Shown here: positions 46,548 through 55,343 of the stretch, in pieces
Position numbering within the stretch: position 1 is the stretch's first letter
How the letters are laid out: each line of letters begins with the position of its first letter
Translations under genes and position numbers: made by a program
Virus record (IMG/VR): IMGVR_UViG_3300032248_000400
Location: 1-64,000 of that record
DNA length: 64,000 nt
Reading direction: 5' to 3' (one strand)
From: a virus
Lineage: Duplodnaviria > Caudoviricetes
Notes under the pieces: generated by a model
Databases searched by the model: none
What the model was told of the DNA's origin: nothing
What the model saw: only the letters and a program-made list of their open reading frames with translations

Positions 46548-47216
46548 ATGAGTGATTTGAATTTTAATTGGGTAAAGGAAAACTTTGAAACTCAAGAAAA
46601 TTTTGTATTTTTTGATATTGGTTGTGCTATTTTAAAACATTCATCAACATCAGAGATGCAAAAAATTTTACCAAATGGTAAATATTACGCATTTGAAGCA
46701 GCAAATCATTGGAACGATATTAATGGTGAATGTGATAATAAAGAATATGCAAAAGAAGCAGGAATAAATTATTATCATTGCGCAGTATCTGATATTGATG
46801 GTGAAATTGATTTAATACCATCTCTTACAGAAAACGGCCAACGACATCCGTGGTCAAGTAGTATTTTTAAAATGAATGATGCTACATCTACAAAAATATA
46901 TGGTAATCCCTACTCTGTCAAATCAATTCGTTTGGAAACTTTTTGTAAAGAAAATAATGTAACTCCTGATTTTATTCATATAGATGTAGAAGGTGCTGAA
47001 CTAAAAGTTTTTAAAAATATTGGCCAATATAAACCAAAATTTATATGGGCAGAAACATGTACGTTTCAACATTATGATACAAAAATTACTACCAAAGAAT
47101 TTCACAAATATATGGAAAGTATTGGATATCATATAATTAGTTATTCAAATGGAAATGATACTCTATATGGCTTAGATGGATTTAAAACAACACCATACTG
47201 CAGTAAATTTTTATAA
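46548..47216 (+). CDS. FkbM-family methyltransferase
   Basis: FFDIGC, YAFEA, AVSD..G, DFIHIDVEGAEL.V. Confidence 0.9.
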   Translation: MSDLNFNWVKENFETQENFVFFDIGCAILKHSSTSEMQKILPNGKYYAFEAANHWNDINGECDNKEYAKEAGINYYHCAVSDIDGEIDLIPSLTENGQRHPWSSSIFKMNDATSTKIYGNPYSVKSIRLETFCKENNVTPDFIHIDVEGAELKVFKNIGQYKPKFIWAETCTFQHYDTKITTKEFHKYMESIGYHIISYSNGNDTLYGLDGFKTTPYCSKFL

Positions 47217-47224
47217 AATAGTTT

Positions 47225-47500
47225 ATGAAAGAATTTAAAGATTTAATATTTAAGACACGTTTTACAGGCGAAGGTATAATTTCCAGATTACAATTTGATA
47301 ATGGATACGGAGTATCGGTAGCAAAACACGATAGTTCCTATGGCGGAAAGCTAGGACTTTACGAATTAGCAGTATTGGATAGTTATGGTGAGTTACATTA
47401 CGATAACCCTGTTGCTAAAGGTGATGTTGTTGGATATTTACGTGAGGAAGATGTAACGGATGCAATGGCACTTATTCAGAAATTTGAACCATTGCAATAA
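47225..47500 (+). CDS. conserved phage hypothetical protein
   Basis: F.NGYGVSV.....SYGG..GLYELAVL...DV.GYL pattern. Confidence 0.75.
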   Translation: MKEFKDLIFKTRFTGEGIISRLQFDNGYGVSVAKHDSSYGGKLGLYELAVLDSYGELHYDNPVAKGDVVGYLREEDVTDAMALIQKFEPLQ

Positions 47501-47505
47501 ACTAT

Positions 47506-47592
47506 GCCCCGGTGGTGAAATTGGTAGACACGCAGGACTTAAAATCCTGTTCGCCGAAAAAGCGAGTGCGGGTTCAAGTCCCGCTTGGGGCA
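47506..47592 (+). tRNA. tRNA-Leu(TAA), no encoded CCA
   Basis: CAGGA-CTTAAAA-TCCTG, long variable arm, GCGGG-TTCAAGT-CCCGC. Confidence 0.96.
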
Positions 47593-47598
47593 CAATAT

Positions 47599-47945
47599 AC
47601 TATCGTTCTTTGACATATAAGGAGACACACATTATGGAAACATTATCATTCATTTTAGGGATAGCGTTGGTGGTGGTTATTGCTCTTGCAATAGTTGCTG
47701 TTTATGCTTTCGTTAAGGTAGGAAAATTAGAAAACCAAATTAGAGATTTTGATAACAGAGAGCAAGGTATTTATCGAGCACTTAGTGATCAAGCTGATTG
47801 GATAAGTAAACGAATTGATGAAACTGAACGTAATATCAACGACTTGGAAAAAGAAGTATTTTCTCAATTAGATTCACGTTTAGACAAATTAGAAAACAAA
47901 TTAATTAATAACAAAAAATAAAAATTAAAGTCAAAGAACGATAGT
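47599..47945. repeat. 16 bp perfect inverted repeat enclosing one gene
   Basis: ACTATCGTTCTTTGAC 47599-47614 / GTCAAAGAACGATAGT 47930-47945. Confidence 0.93.
47634..47921 (+). CDS. bitopic membrane coiled-coil protein (95 aa)
   Basis: Start trimmed past tRNA-Leu; TAAGGAG 9 nt upstream; TM helix then heptads. Confidence 0.75.
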   Translation: METLSFILGIALVVVIALAIVAVYAFVKVGKLENQIRDFDNREQGIYRALSDQADWISKRIDETERNINDLEKEVFSQLDSRLDKLENKLINNKK

Positions 47946-47963
47946 TATATTAAATTATTTTTT

Positions 47964-48521
47964 ATGAGAGTAAATTGGAAAAAATTAATAATAGCAATAA
48001 TATTAACAATAATATTGGGTTGGTTAATGTACTTAATATATCAATCAAGAATAGATAAGCCATTTAACGTAGTAAATTTATCTTTTAAAAATAAAATAAT
48101 AAATGAGGAGTTTCCCGCTTATTATGATACCATATTGAGTGTTGGTTTAGATAATATCAACATAAGGGATATAACCATTGAATTACATCAAATATCAGAA
48201 TCAACAAAAACAAAACTAGAAGGTGTTGAAATAAAAGCACATTTAAGATATTCGGATGGTATATACTATCTATTCGTTGATAAGTGGGGTAGAGATGAAA
48301 CAATTACAATACTATCACATGAACTTATACACATTATGCAATATCATAGTGGTATTTTATATTATATGGATGGAATAGTGTTTTGGCAAAGTGCACCCAA
48401 TTTAATTCACTACGAAGAATATGATTTAAATAATACAGACTATGTTAGCAGACCATGGGAAGATGATGCTTTCAAAAAGCAAAACGATATGGAACGTAGT
48501 ATAACGGATATATTATATTAA
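47964..48521 (+). CDS. membrane-anchored HExxH metallopeptidase-like protein
   Basis: N-term TM, LSHELIHIMQY, RPWEDDA. Confidence 0.7.
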   Translation: MRVNWKKLIIAIILTIILGWLMYLIYQSRIDKPFNVVNLSFKNKIINEEFPAYYDTILSVGLDNINIRDITIELHQISESTKTKLEGVEIKAHLRYSDGIYYLFVDKWGRDETITILSHELIHIMQYHSGILYYMDGIVFWQSAPNLIHYEEYDLNNTDYVSRPWEDDAFKKQNDMERSITDILY

Positions 48522-48670
48522 AATATGGGCATTAGTGGATATGCCAAAAAGAAAAATAGATGTTTTTCATCCACTTATCGCAGGTATAGTACAATTGTAA
48601 GTGCTCTGATATTCCAAATCAGAAAAGGTCAGTTCGATCCTGACACCTGTTCAAATCTAACTATAATGCA

Positions 48671-48735
48671 TAACTGGTTGATTACTAATGTATTAAAAAT
48701 ATATTTGGTAATATCAGGTATTTGTCGTATCTTAC
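48671..48735 (+). promoter_or_regulatory. 25 bp IHF-like palindrome plus promoter
   Basis: TAACTGGTTGATTACTAATGTATTA 48671-95; TTTG 48704; TATCTTAC 48728. Confidence 0.7.
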
Positions 48736-48757
48736 ATATCAATCAAAAAATAAAATT

Positions 48758-49015
48758 ATGTTATTTATTATTTATTTAGTATCTGTAACTTATTGCATTT
48801 TCAAAATGTATCGTAGTTACAAAAAAAGGGGAATTGACCCAATCTACGCAACACCGGGATTAGAAACAATGGCAATTATTGCAATGGCACCTGTATTGAT
48901 GGCAGTTGATGTATCAATGACTTGGATTAGAGTATATAAAGAAGCTGAAGAATCTCGTATTAGAAGAAATAAAATTGAATTTGATTTTACTGATGATAAA
49001 GGTGAGATATTTTAA
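48758..49015 (+). CDS. small membrane protein
   Basis: Start trimmed to the ATG after the promoter; two hydrophobic segments. Confidence 0.6.
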   Translation: MLFIIYLVSVTYCIFKMYRSYKKRGIDPIYATPGLETMAIIAMAPVLMAVDVSMTWIRVYKEAEESRIRRNKIEFDFTDDKGEIF

Positions 49016-49166
49016 TATATGAAATACATTTTAATAATTGCACTTATTATCATTAGTAATATAACTAATGCACAGAATGTTCCAATAAAGCCCAAACAAA
49101 AATGGGCCCGGATTGGTTTAATAACAAGCTCAATAGAATTAAATAATAGACAGGTTAGATAAACGT

Positions 49167-49649
49167 ATGGAAAAGAAAAAAATATATTTGTATTTAGATG
49201 ATGTCAGAATTCCAACCGAAGGTGAGTGGGAAGTTGTCCGAAACTATGATGAGTTTGTGAAACATATACTTTTGAACGGATTGGAAAACTATGAAGCAAT
49301 ATCACTAGATCACGATTTAGGTGAAGGTGCTATGGTTGAATATTATAGTAATGTTAAACCAAACTATGAATTAGATTATAAACGTATACCGGAAAAAACA
49401 GGAATGGATTGTGTACGATTTTTAATATTGGAGGTTATGAATAAAAATATATCATTACCAAAAATATATGTACATTCAGCCAATCCAATAGGAGCAGCAA
49501 ATATGATGGGATATATAAATAATTATTTCAGAAATAATGGATTACCTGAGGATTGTGTAAAAGTGAAGATTGCCCATACCTATTCAAAGGAAATGAGTTT
49601 AGAAGAAAGAGAAAATAGATATAAAATTATTAACAAATATAAAAAATAA
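49167..49649 (+). CDS. receiver-fold protein (cyclic-phosphate processing receiver type)
   Basis: LYLDDVRIP, ISLDHDLG, KTGMDC, VHSANPIGA. Confidence 0.78.
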   Translation: MEKKKIYLYLDDVRIPTEGEWEVVRNYDEFVKHILLNGLENYEAISLDHDLGEGAMVEYYSNVKPNYELDYKRIPEKTGMDCVRFLILEVMNKNISLPKIYVHSANPIGAANMMGYINNYFRNNGLPEDCVKVKIAHTYSKEMSLEERENRYKIINKYKK

Positions 49650-49652
49650 GTT

Positions 49653-49805
49653 ATGTTAGGATTTGGAATTGGATTTATAGTAGTAGGATTATGGTTAGCA
49701 TTTGAGGTTTGGAGAGCACCTATGATAGATGAGTATACAGGTAGAATACTTAGACCTACTAAAAAATTAAGTGATTTATTTAAAAAAAATAATAAAAACA
49801 AATAG
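49653..49805 (+). CDS. 50 aa membrane peptide
   Basis: Hand-translated MLGFGIGFIVVGLWLAFEVWRAP... Confidence 0.55.
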   Translation: MLGFGIGFIVVGLWLAFEVWRAPMIDEYTGRILRPTKKLSDLFKKNNKNK

Positions 49806-49807
49806 TT

Positions 49808-50380
49808 ATGGATGTAGAATTTAAAGCATCGTTTTTTGAAAGTGTACAGAAGGTTATTTGGTATGATACTAAGCTATGGAAAGCTTGGAATTTCATCAAA
49901 AGAGGTTTACCGAATTTTTTCAAAAACATATGGAGATTTAGGAAAGAGTTATATAACCATCAATGGTGGGATTACCATTTCACATTGGAAATGTTGTATC
50001 GTTCTCTGTCCATAGTGGAAAAAGGTATATCTGAACGAGGGATTGAAGTAGATGAGAGTAAAAATATAAAGGTAGTTAAAATGCGTAGAGCATTAGAACT
50101 ACTTAATCATAAATTGGATAATGATTATGTGGAAAGAGCAGAATTGGAATTTGGTGGAATAGTATTTAAACCATTTAATCTTGAAGAATTGGAAAATGGA
50201 AATTATCGTTTATCATTAAATGAAACTCCTGCTGAAAAGAAACATTCGCGTAAGGTCTTTAAAAGAGCGGCGCAATTGGAAGATGCAGAGTGGAAGGAAT
50301 TGTGGGAAATTTTTAAAGGAAAGAACTTTAAAACAATTGAAAGCTTTGATGGTAGTGATATGAGGACTTGGTGGGATTAA
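49808..50380 (+). CDS. conserved phage hypothetical protein
   Basis: 190 aa; WWDYHF, MRTWWD end. Confidence 0.7.
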   Translation: MDVEFKASFFESVQKVIWYDTKLWKAWNFIKRGLPNFFKNIWRFRKELYNHQWWDYHFTLEMLYRSLSIVEKGISERGIEVDESKNIKVVKMRRALELLNHKLDNDYVERAELEFGGIVFKPFNLEELENGNYRLSLNETPAEKKHSRKVFKRAAQLEDAEWKELWEIFKGKNFKTIESFDGSDMRTWWD

Positions 50381-50419
50381 TTTAAATCAATTATAAACAA
50401 ATATACAACAATCACCATT

Positions 50420-50599
50420 ATGAGCACTTTAATCGTTATCGGCCTCGTCCTACTCGTTACAATTCCCATTTCAATATTATGGGCAAAAGGAATTTCAAAC
50501 ATGAAAGAAAACCACCCAACCTATAAAGGTGATGATTTTTTAAGTACAGCCGCCGGCAGAGATGCTTGGGATGATGCTCATACAGAAGCAGAAATTTAA
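50420..50599 (+). CDS. 59 aa membrane peptide
   Basis: Hand-translated; TM then HPTYKGDD. Confidence 0.55.
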   Translation: MSTLIVIGLVLLVTIPISILWAKGISNMKENHPTYKGDDFLSTAAGRDAWDDAHTEAEI

Positions 50600-50614
50600 A
50601 AACAAATATAATAT

Positions 50615-50791
50615 ATGAAAAGAATACCGACATTAATCGTAAAATGGCTTGCTAATAAACTAGGATATAAAATTGCAATGCTCAAAGCGGCAAAGGGAAT
50701 AACAACAATTGAAGGTGATAAAGAATTACTTCGATATGTAGACATAGCCGGTTATTTCTTTAAAAAAGAGCCAATAAAAAGAACTTATTAA
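50615..50791 (+). CDS. 58 aa hypothetical protein
   Basis: Hand-translated; fills the gap. Confidence 0.5.
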   Translation: MKRIPTLIVKWLANKLGYKIAMLKAAKGITTIEGDKELLRYVDIAGYFFKKEPIKRTY

Positions 50792-50800
50792 TAATAAAAT

Positions 50801-51142
50801 ATGAAAGAATGGATAGCAAAATACCAAAAAGCAATAGTTGGTACGGGAGCAATATCGGTACTACTGATATGCTATTTACAGCAAAAAGAATTAACAAAAC
50901 TGCGTAGTGAAAGAAATGGTTTAATAGAACATATGGTTGATGCGCATGCCATGCAAGGTGGTGATATTGCAAAAGCACAATATATTGATTCATTACAAAA
51001 AGTAACTGATAGTTTATATGGTGAATTATTTCCTGCTCAAGTAGAACTTGGTAGATATAAAGTTGCTTATGAAATCTTTGTGGAAAGAAACCCAAAAGCA
51101 GCAAAGCAATACGGTGATATAATTTCAAATGAAACAGAATAA
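50801..51142 (+). CDS. membrane-anchored hypothetical protein
   Basis: N-term hydrophobic helix. Confidence 0.65.
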   Translation: MKEWIAKYQKAIVGTGAISVLLICYLQQKELTKLRSERNGLIEHMVDAHAMQGGDIAKAQYIDSLQKVTDSLYGELFPAQVELGRYKVAYEIFVERNPKAAKQYGDIISNETE

Positions 51143-51320
51143 TATGCAACACGATTTTGATATATTAGTTACTCTATGCGAAATTAGAGACCTATTAAAA
51201 AAACAAAATGAGATATTAGAAAATCAACAATCACAATCACAAACTAAAATTACAGTCGTTGGAAATAAGGTTAACCCGAATACCAAAGGACTGAAAAGTA
51301 AAGAAGATTTTACCCTATAA
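51129..51320 (+). CDS. hypothetical protein
   Basis: 63 aa coupled ORF. Confidence 0.55.
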   Translation: MKQNNMQHDFDILVTLCEIRDLLKKQNEILENQQSQSQTKITVVGNKVNPNTKGLKSKEDFTL

Positions 51321-51458
51321 ATAGTGGGTTTTATAACTGGTTGATAATCAAAGACTTACATATGTAGGTCTTTTTTTATGCGTATTACATTGGTAATCAA
51401 TGAGTTATGGGATATGGAAAAATAAATTTGGCCATATCAAAAAAATGTCGTATATTTA
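51312..51458 (+). repeat. regulatory cassette copy 1: hairpin, palindrome, terminator, palindrome, promoter
   Basis: CCCTAT..TAGTGGG; sites 51334-58 and 51383-407; terminator 51352-77; TTTG 51427 / TATATTTA 51451. Confidence 0.8.
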
Positions 51459-51507
51459 CATATATTCACAAATTAATCACAATAAAAACAACAAAAATTT
51501 CCGAGCT

Positions 51508-53748
51508 ATGAGTTGGTACACAAATTTTAAGAAGGGCACAAAAGATGCCGTAGTAAATGCTAAATCAAAAGTATCATCCTTTTGGTATGATGATTATGAT
51601 ACATCATTTGACTATTTAGAAGAATATGGTTCAATGAAGTCAAGTGACTTGAATGCGTATAAAAATACACATAACCTATATAAGTTATCATCTGTTAGAA
51701 GGGCGATATCAAATTTCGTACAAATTGTAACTAACAAATCAATCCCTGTTTCTTTCGCTACAAAGAGTGATAGTAAAACAGATGGTAAAAAAGTTATCCT
51801 ATCAGCTGATGTTGATGATAATTTTGATGTATCAGTTGGTTTGGCATTGCACGAAGGTTCACATATCATTCTTTCAGATTTCAAATTATTGTATTGTATG
51901 AGTCAGATGCGAATTAATACTGATAACGCTGATATACGTTTAAAACATCAACAACAATATCGGATTGATAATAACGAACAACCTTTATCAGATGATGAAA
52001 TTGCAAAAATGTTGGAAGATACTATAAAAGATAATATTCAAAAATATGCACCAAATTATCAATCACAAATGATGGATATCTATTCCAATACGGGTAAGAT
52101 TGGCAGTATGGGTTGGCCGGTATCTGAAACAATTGATACAATACAAGCTTTGACTAATTGGATTGAAGATAGACGTATTGACCAATACATATATAATTCA
52201 GCACCCGGTTATAGAGATTACTATACTCAAATGTATAATCACTATTTCAATGATAAGATAGTTAGTAAAGGTATTGCAAGTGATGAATTTACCGAAGAAA
52301 CTATGCAGAGTTATATGTTCCGTATCATTAATCTAATGAATGAGAATACCGACTTGAGTAAGTTGAAAGGATTGAGAACAATTTATCGTATGATGGATTT
52401 TAAGAACGTTGCTAGATTGAAAACTACAACGGAATCATTGACTCTTGCAATTGATATTGTTGCTGAAATACTAAAACGTATAAAAGCTGAACCACAGCAA
52501 TCAGGCCAACAACAACAATCAGCCGGTGGGAATGGTAATATGGATAATGGTGCCGATATTAATGAAGATGGTGAAAATGAAGAGAATGAAATGGGTGGTA
52601 CTAATATGGATATTGATATAGCCGGCAATCAAACAGGCGAAGGTAAAGATATGTTATCTAAAACTGCAGCTCAACAATTATTAAAGAAATTCGAAAAACA
52701 AAAAGATTTTCTTAATGGGCAATTAAAGAAAAAAACTATAACCAAATCAGAACAAACAAAATTAGATACCATTCAAGAATCAGGTACTGAATTGGTTCGT
52801 GTTGGTATGGACTATGAAGGTGGCCGACTAGCTAAAGGTGTTGATTGTATCGTAGTGAAGAAGATTACATCTGATTTATTAAATAGTTCAGATTTTCCAT
52901 TTACACAAAAGAGTTGGTCATCTGATGAACTTTGTGTATATCACGAAGATGAAGTAAGACGTGGTACTGTATTAGGTACTCTATTGGGTAAGAAACTACA
53001 AATCAGAAGTGAAAGTCGTGAGACAGTTTTCAGTAGATTGAAGAAGGGTAAGATTGATGGTAGAATGATTGCTTCATTGGGATATGATAATGAGAATGTG
53101 TTTTACACAAATGAGATAGACCAATTTAAGAAAGGCAACTTACATATATCAATTGATTACTCCGGCTCAATGCATGGTGGAAACTTAAAGAAATGTATTG
53201 TATCAACCGTTGCCATAGTGAAAGCTTGCCAGATGGCTCGTAATATCAATGTGCAAGTATCAATACGTTCAACCGATACGGGTGGTAAATGTTTACCATA
53301 TATTGCATTGGTGTATGATAGCCGTAGAGATACATTCCGTCAGTTCTGTCGTTATATGAGTGTAATGAATTGTACTAATACAACACCCGAAGGTTTGTGT
53401 TTTGAAGCAATTATGAAAGAACTTATCCCATCAACAAATGATATGGATAGTTATTTCTTAAATTTCTCAGATGGTGAACCTTGTTTCAATATCAGCACTG
53501 GTACTGATGAAATTCATTATGGAGGTGATACCGCTGCAACGCATACTGCAAAGCAAGTGAAGAAAATGAAGAAAAATGGTATAAATGTACTTTCATATTT
53601 CATTTCTAATTATAGTCGGGATATAGAAGGTAATTCATCGTGGCAAACATTCAAAAAATGTTATGGTAATGACTCAAAGCATGTAAATGTAGAAAATATG
53701 TTTGAAGTTGCTAAAACAATGAATGAATTATTTTTAAAGAAACAATAG
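51508..53748 (+). CDS. vWA-domain protein with N-terminal HExxH region (CobT-like)
   Basis: GLALHEGSH, NWIEDRRI; MIDAS IDYSGSM, T, FSDGEP; start trimmed to ATG 51508. Confidence 0.85.
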   Translation: MSWYTNFKKGTKDAVVNAKSKVSSFWYDDYDTSFDYLEEYGSMKSSDLNAYKNTHNLYKLSSVRRAISNFVQIVTNKSIPVSFATKSDSKTDGKKVILSADVDDNFDVSVGLALHEGSHIILSDFKLLYCMSQMRINTDNADIRLKHQQQYRIDNNEQPLSDDEIAKMLEDTIKDNIQKYAPNYQSQMMDIYSNTGKIGSMGWPVSETIDTIQALTNWIEDRRIDQYIYNSAPGYRDYYTQMYNHYFNDKIVSKGIASDEFTEETMQSYMFRIINLMNENTDLSKLKGLRTIYRMMDFKNVARLKTTTESLTLAIDIVAEILKRIKAEPQQSGQQQQSAGGNGNMDNGADINEDGENEENEMGGTNMDIDIAGNQTGEGKDMLSKTAAQQLLKKFEKQKDFLNGQLKKKTITKSEQTKLDTIQESGTELVRVGMDYEGGRLAKGVDCIVVKKITSDLLNSSDFPFTQKSWSSDELCVYHEDEVRRGTVLGTLLGKKLQIRSESRETVFSRLKKGKIDGRMIASLGYDNENVFYTNEIDQFKKGNLHISIDYSGSMHGGNLKKCIVSTVAIVKACQMARNINVQVSIRSTDTGGKCLPYIALVYDSRRDTFRQFCRYMSVMNCTNTTPEGLCFEAIMKELIPSTNDMDSYFLNFSDGEPCFNISTGTDEIHYGGDTAATHTAKQVKKMKKNGINVLSYFISNYSRDIEGNSSWQTFKKCYGNDSKHVNVENMFEVAKTMNELFLKKQ

Positions 53749-53754
53749 GCTCGG

Positions 53755-53905
53755 AAAGCCCCTATGTAGTGGGGCTTTACAACCCCCTACATAACTCGTT
53801 GATAATCAAAGGAATACATATTATTCCTTTTTTTATTGCGTAAAACGTTACAAATCAATGACTTATAAATACTTTTGGCTATGTCAAAAAAAAGTTGTAT
53901 ATTTG
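53755..53905 (+). repeat. regulatory cassette copy 2
   Basis: CCCTATGTAGTGGGG; sites 53792-816 and 53841-65; terminator 53808-34; TTTG 53874 / TATATTTG 53898. Confidence 0.8.
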
Positions 53906-53938
53906 ATATAATCAATCACCAATTAAAAGGATAATTTT

Positions 53939-55261
53939 ATGCCTAAAACAAATGTAAAAAAATCACAAACTACTAAAACAAAAAAAATGGTAAAAAGAAA
54001 AACAACGCCTCGTAAGACAGTTAAACGTGTTAGTACAAAAAAATCAACAACAGATATTAATGTTGGTTTTACTACTGAATGTTACAAAGTAATTCAAATG
54101 GGTAGAACGTTCGCAATGTTAACTACGAAAAATGATGTAGTTCAGAAATTGGCCGGTGTATCTAAACAAAAGATGAAACAGGCTCATACCGAAGGTAAAG
54201 CAATTCGTGGGTATGTTGGTAAAACCGGCTCACTTACTTATAAAATGGTAGAGATGGATGATTTCAAAAAACTGGCAAACACAATCAATGATGAAGCATG
54301 TGATAGTGTAAGTGAAGCATTTGAAACACACGAACATCTTAAACAATTCATTCATACTAAAGGTATGGAACTGAAACCCGAAGGATTGTTTATTGAACAA
54401 TTGAAGTGGAAATATCTTCTTCGTTCAGCAGTTAGGGGTAAGAACATAATGATGCTTGGCCCAACCGGTTGTGGTAAAACACTTGCCGCTCAATCTTTGG
54501 TTAAATCATTGAAACGACCTGATTTCTATTTCAACTTAGGTGCTACGCAAGATGCTAGAGCAGCTCTTATTGGTAACACACATTTTGATAAAATTAAAGG
54601 TACGTTCTTTAGTGAATCCGCTTTCGTTAAAGCAATCAAAACTCCAAACGCAATCATCTTATTGGATGAGTTGAGTAGAGCACATCCAGAAGCTGCGAAT
54701 ATCTTAATGACTGTATTAGATGCAGGACAACGATATCTTCGTTTAGATGAGGCTGATGGTTCACCAATTGTAAAAGTTGCAAGTGGTGTTACATTCATCG
54801 CTACCGCTAACGTAGGTAATGAGTACACAGCGACTCGTATTATGGATAGGGCTCTATTGGATAGGTTCGTAACTATTGAAATGGATTTGTTGGATAAGCA
54901 AAGTGAATATGAATTATTGAAATTCAAATTCCCTGAAGCAAACGATTACGAATTGAACGCATTGGCTGAGATTGCTGATACGACTCGCCAGTTAATCAAA
55001 ACTGATATGAGTAAGGTATCAACGATTGTATCTACCCGTGTTAACGTAGAGGCAGCTGGATTGATATATGATGGCTTCTCTCTAATGGAGGCGGCTGAGA
55101 TTGCAATCCTTCCATACTTTTCAAATGATGGTGGACTTGATTCGGAGCGTGTGTTCATTAAGCAATTGGTTCAGAAATTTATTAAATCCGCTGATGAATC
55201 AGAACTTTTTACAGAAGTGAAAGATGAAGAAGGACAGGATGAAGAAACTATCAAGTGGTAG
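53939..55261 (+). CDS. MoxR/CobS-type AAA+ ATPase
   Basis: GPTGCGKT, LLDELSRA, FIATAN, D.ALLDRF. Confidence 0.92.
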   Translation: MPKTNVKKSQTTKTKKMVKRKTTPRKTVKRVSTKKSTTDINVGFTTECYKVIQMGRTFAMLTTKNDVVQKLAGVSKQKMKQAHTEGKAIRGYVGKTGSLTYKMVEMDDFKKLANTINDEACDSVSEAFETHEHLKQFIHTKGMELKPEGLFIEQLKWKYLLRSAVRGKNIMMLGPTGCGKTLAAQSLVKSLKRPDFYFNLGATQDARAALIGNTHFDKIKGTFFSESAFVKAIKTPNAIILLDELSRAHPEAANILMTVLDAGQRYLRLDEADGSPIVKVASGVTFIATANVGNEYTATRIMDRALLDRFVTIEMDLLDKQSEYELLKFKFPEANDYELNALAEIADTTRQLIKTDMSKVSTIVSTRVNVEAAGLIYDGFSLMEAAEIAILPYFSNDGGLDSERVFIKQLVQKFIKSADESELFTEVKDEEGQDEETIKW

Positions 55262-55282
55262 TAGTTTAATGGTGATTAGTTA

Positions 55283-55310
55283 AGGGGGGACTTCGGTCCC
55301 TCTTTTTCTT
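55283..55310 (+). terminator. intrinsic terminator with UUCG loop
   Basis: AGGGGGGAC-TTCG-GTCCCTCT followed by a T-run. Confidence 0.88.
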
Positions 55311-55343
55311 TTTTTAGTATATTTAAGATATAAAAGTAAAGTT

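Noticed and set aside
47460-47633. N-terminal extension of ORF 47460..47921
   Set aside because: Runs through tRNA-Leu; the SD-preceded ATG at 47634 is the credible start.
48525-48779. 84 aa ORF
   Set aside because: Atypical composition, and it runs across the palindrome and promoter at 48671-48735; possibly a decayed gene.
51316-51323. T4-type late promoter TATAAATA
   Set aside because: Single occurrence, overlapping a stop codon and the cassette hairpin, and directly upstream of a terminator.
51508-55261. CbbO/CbbQ-type RuBisCO activase for the RLP
   Set aside because: 37 kb from the RLP and under different promoters; such vWA/MoxR pairs are common in large phages without RuBisCO.
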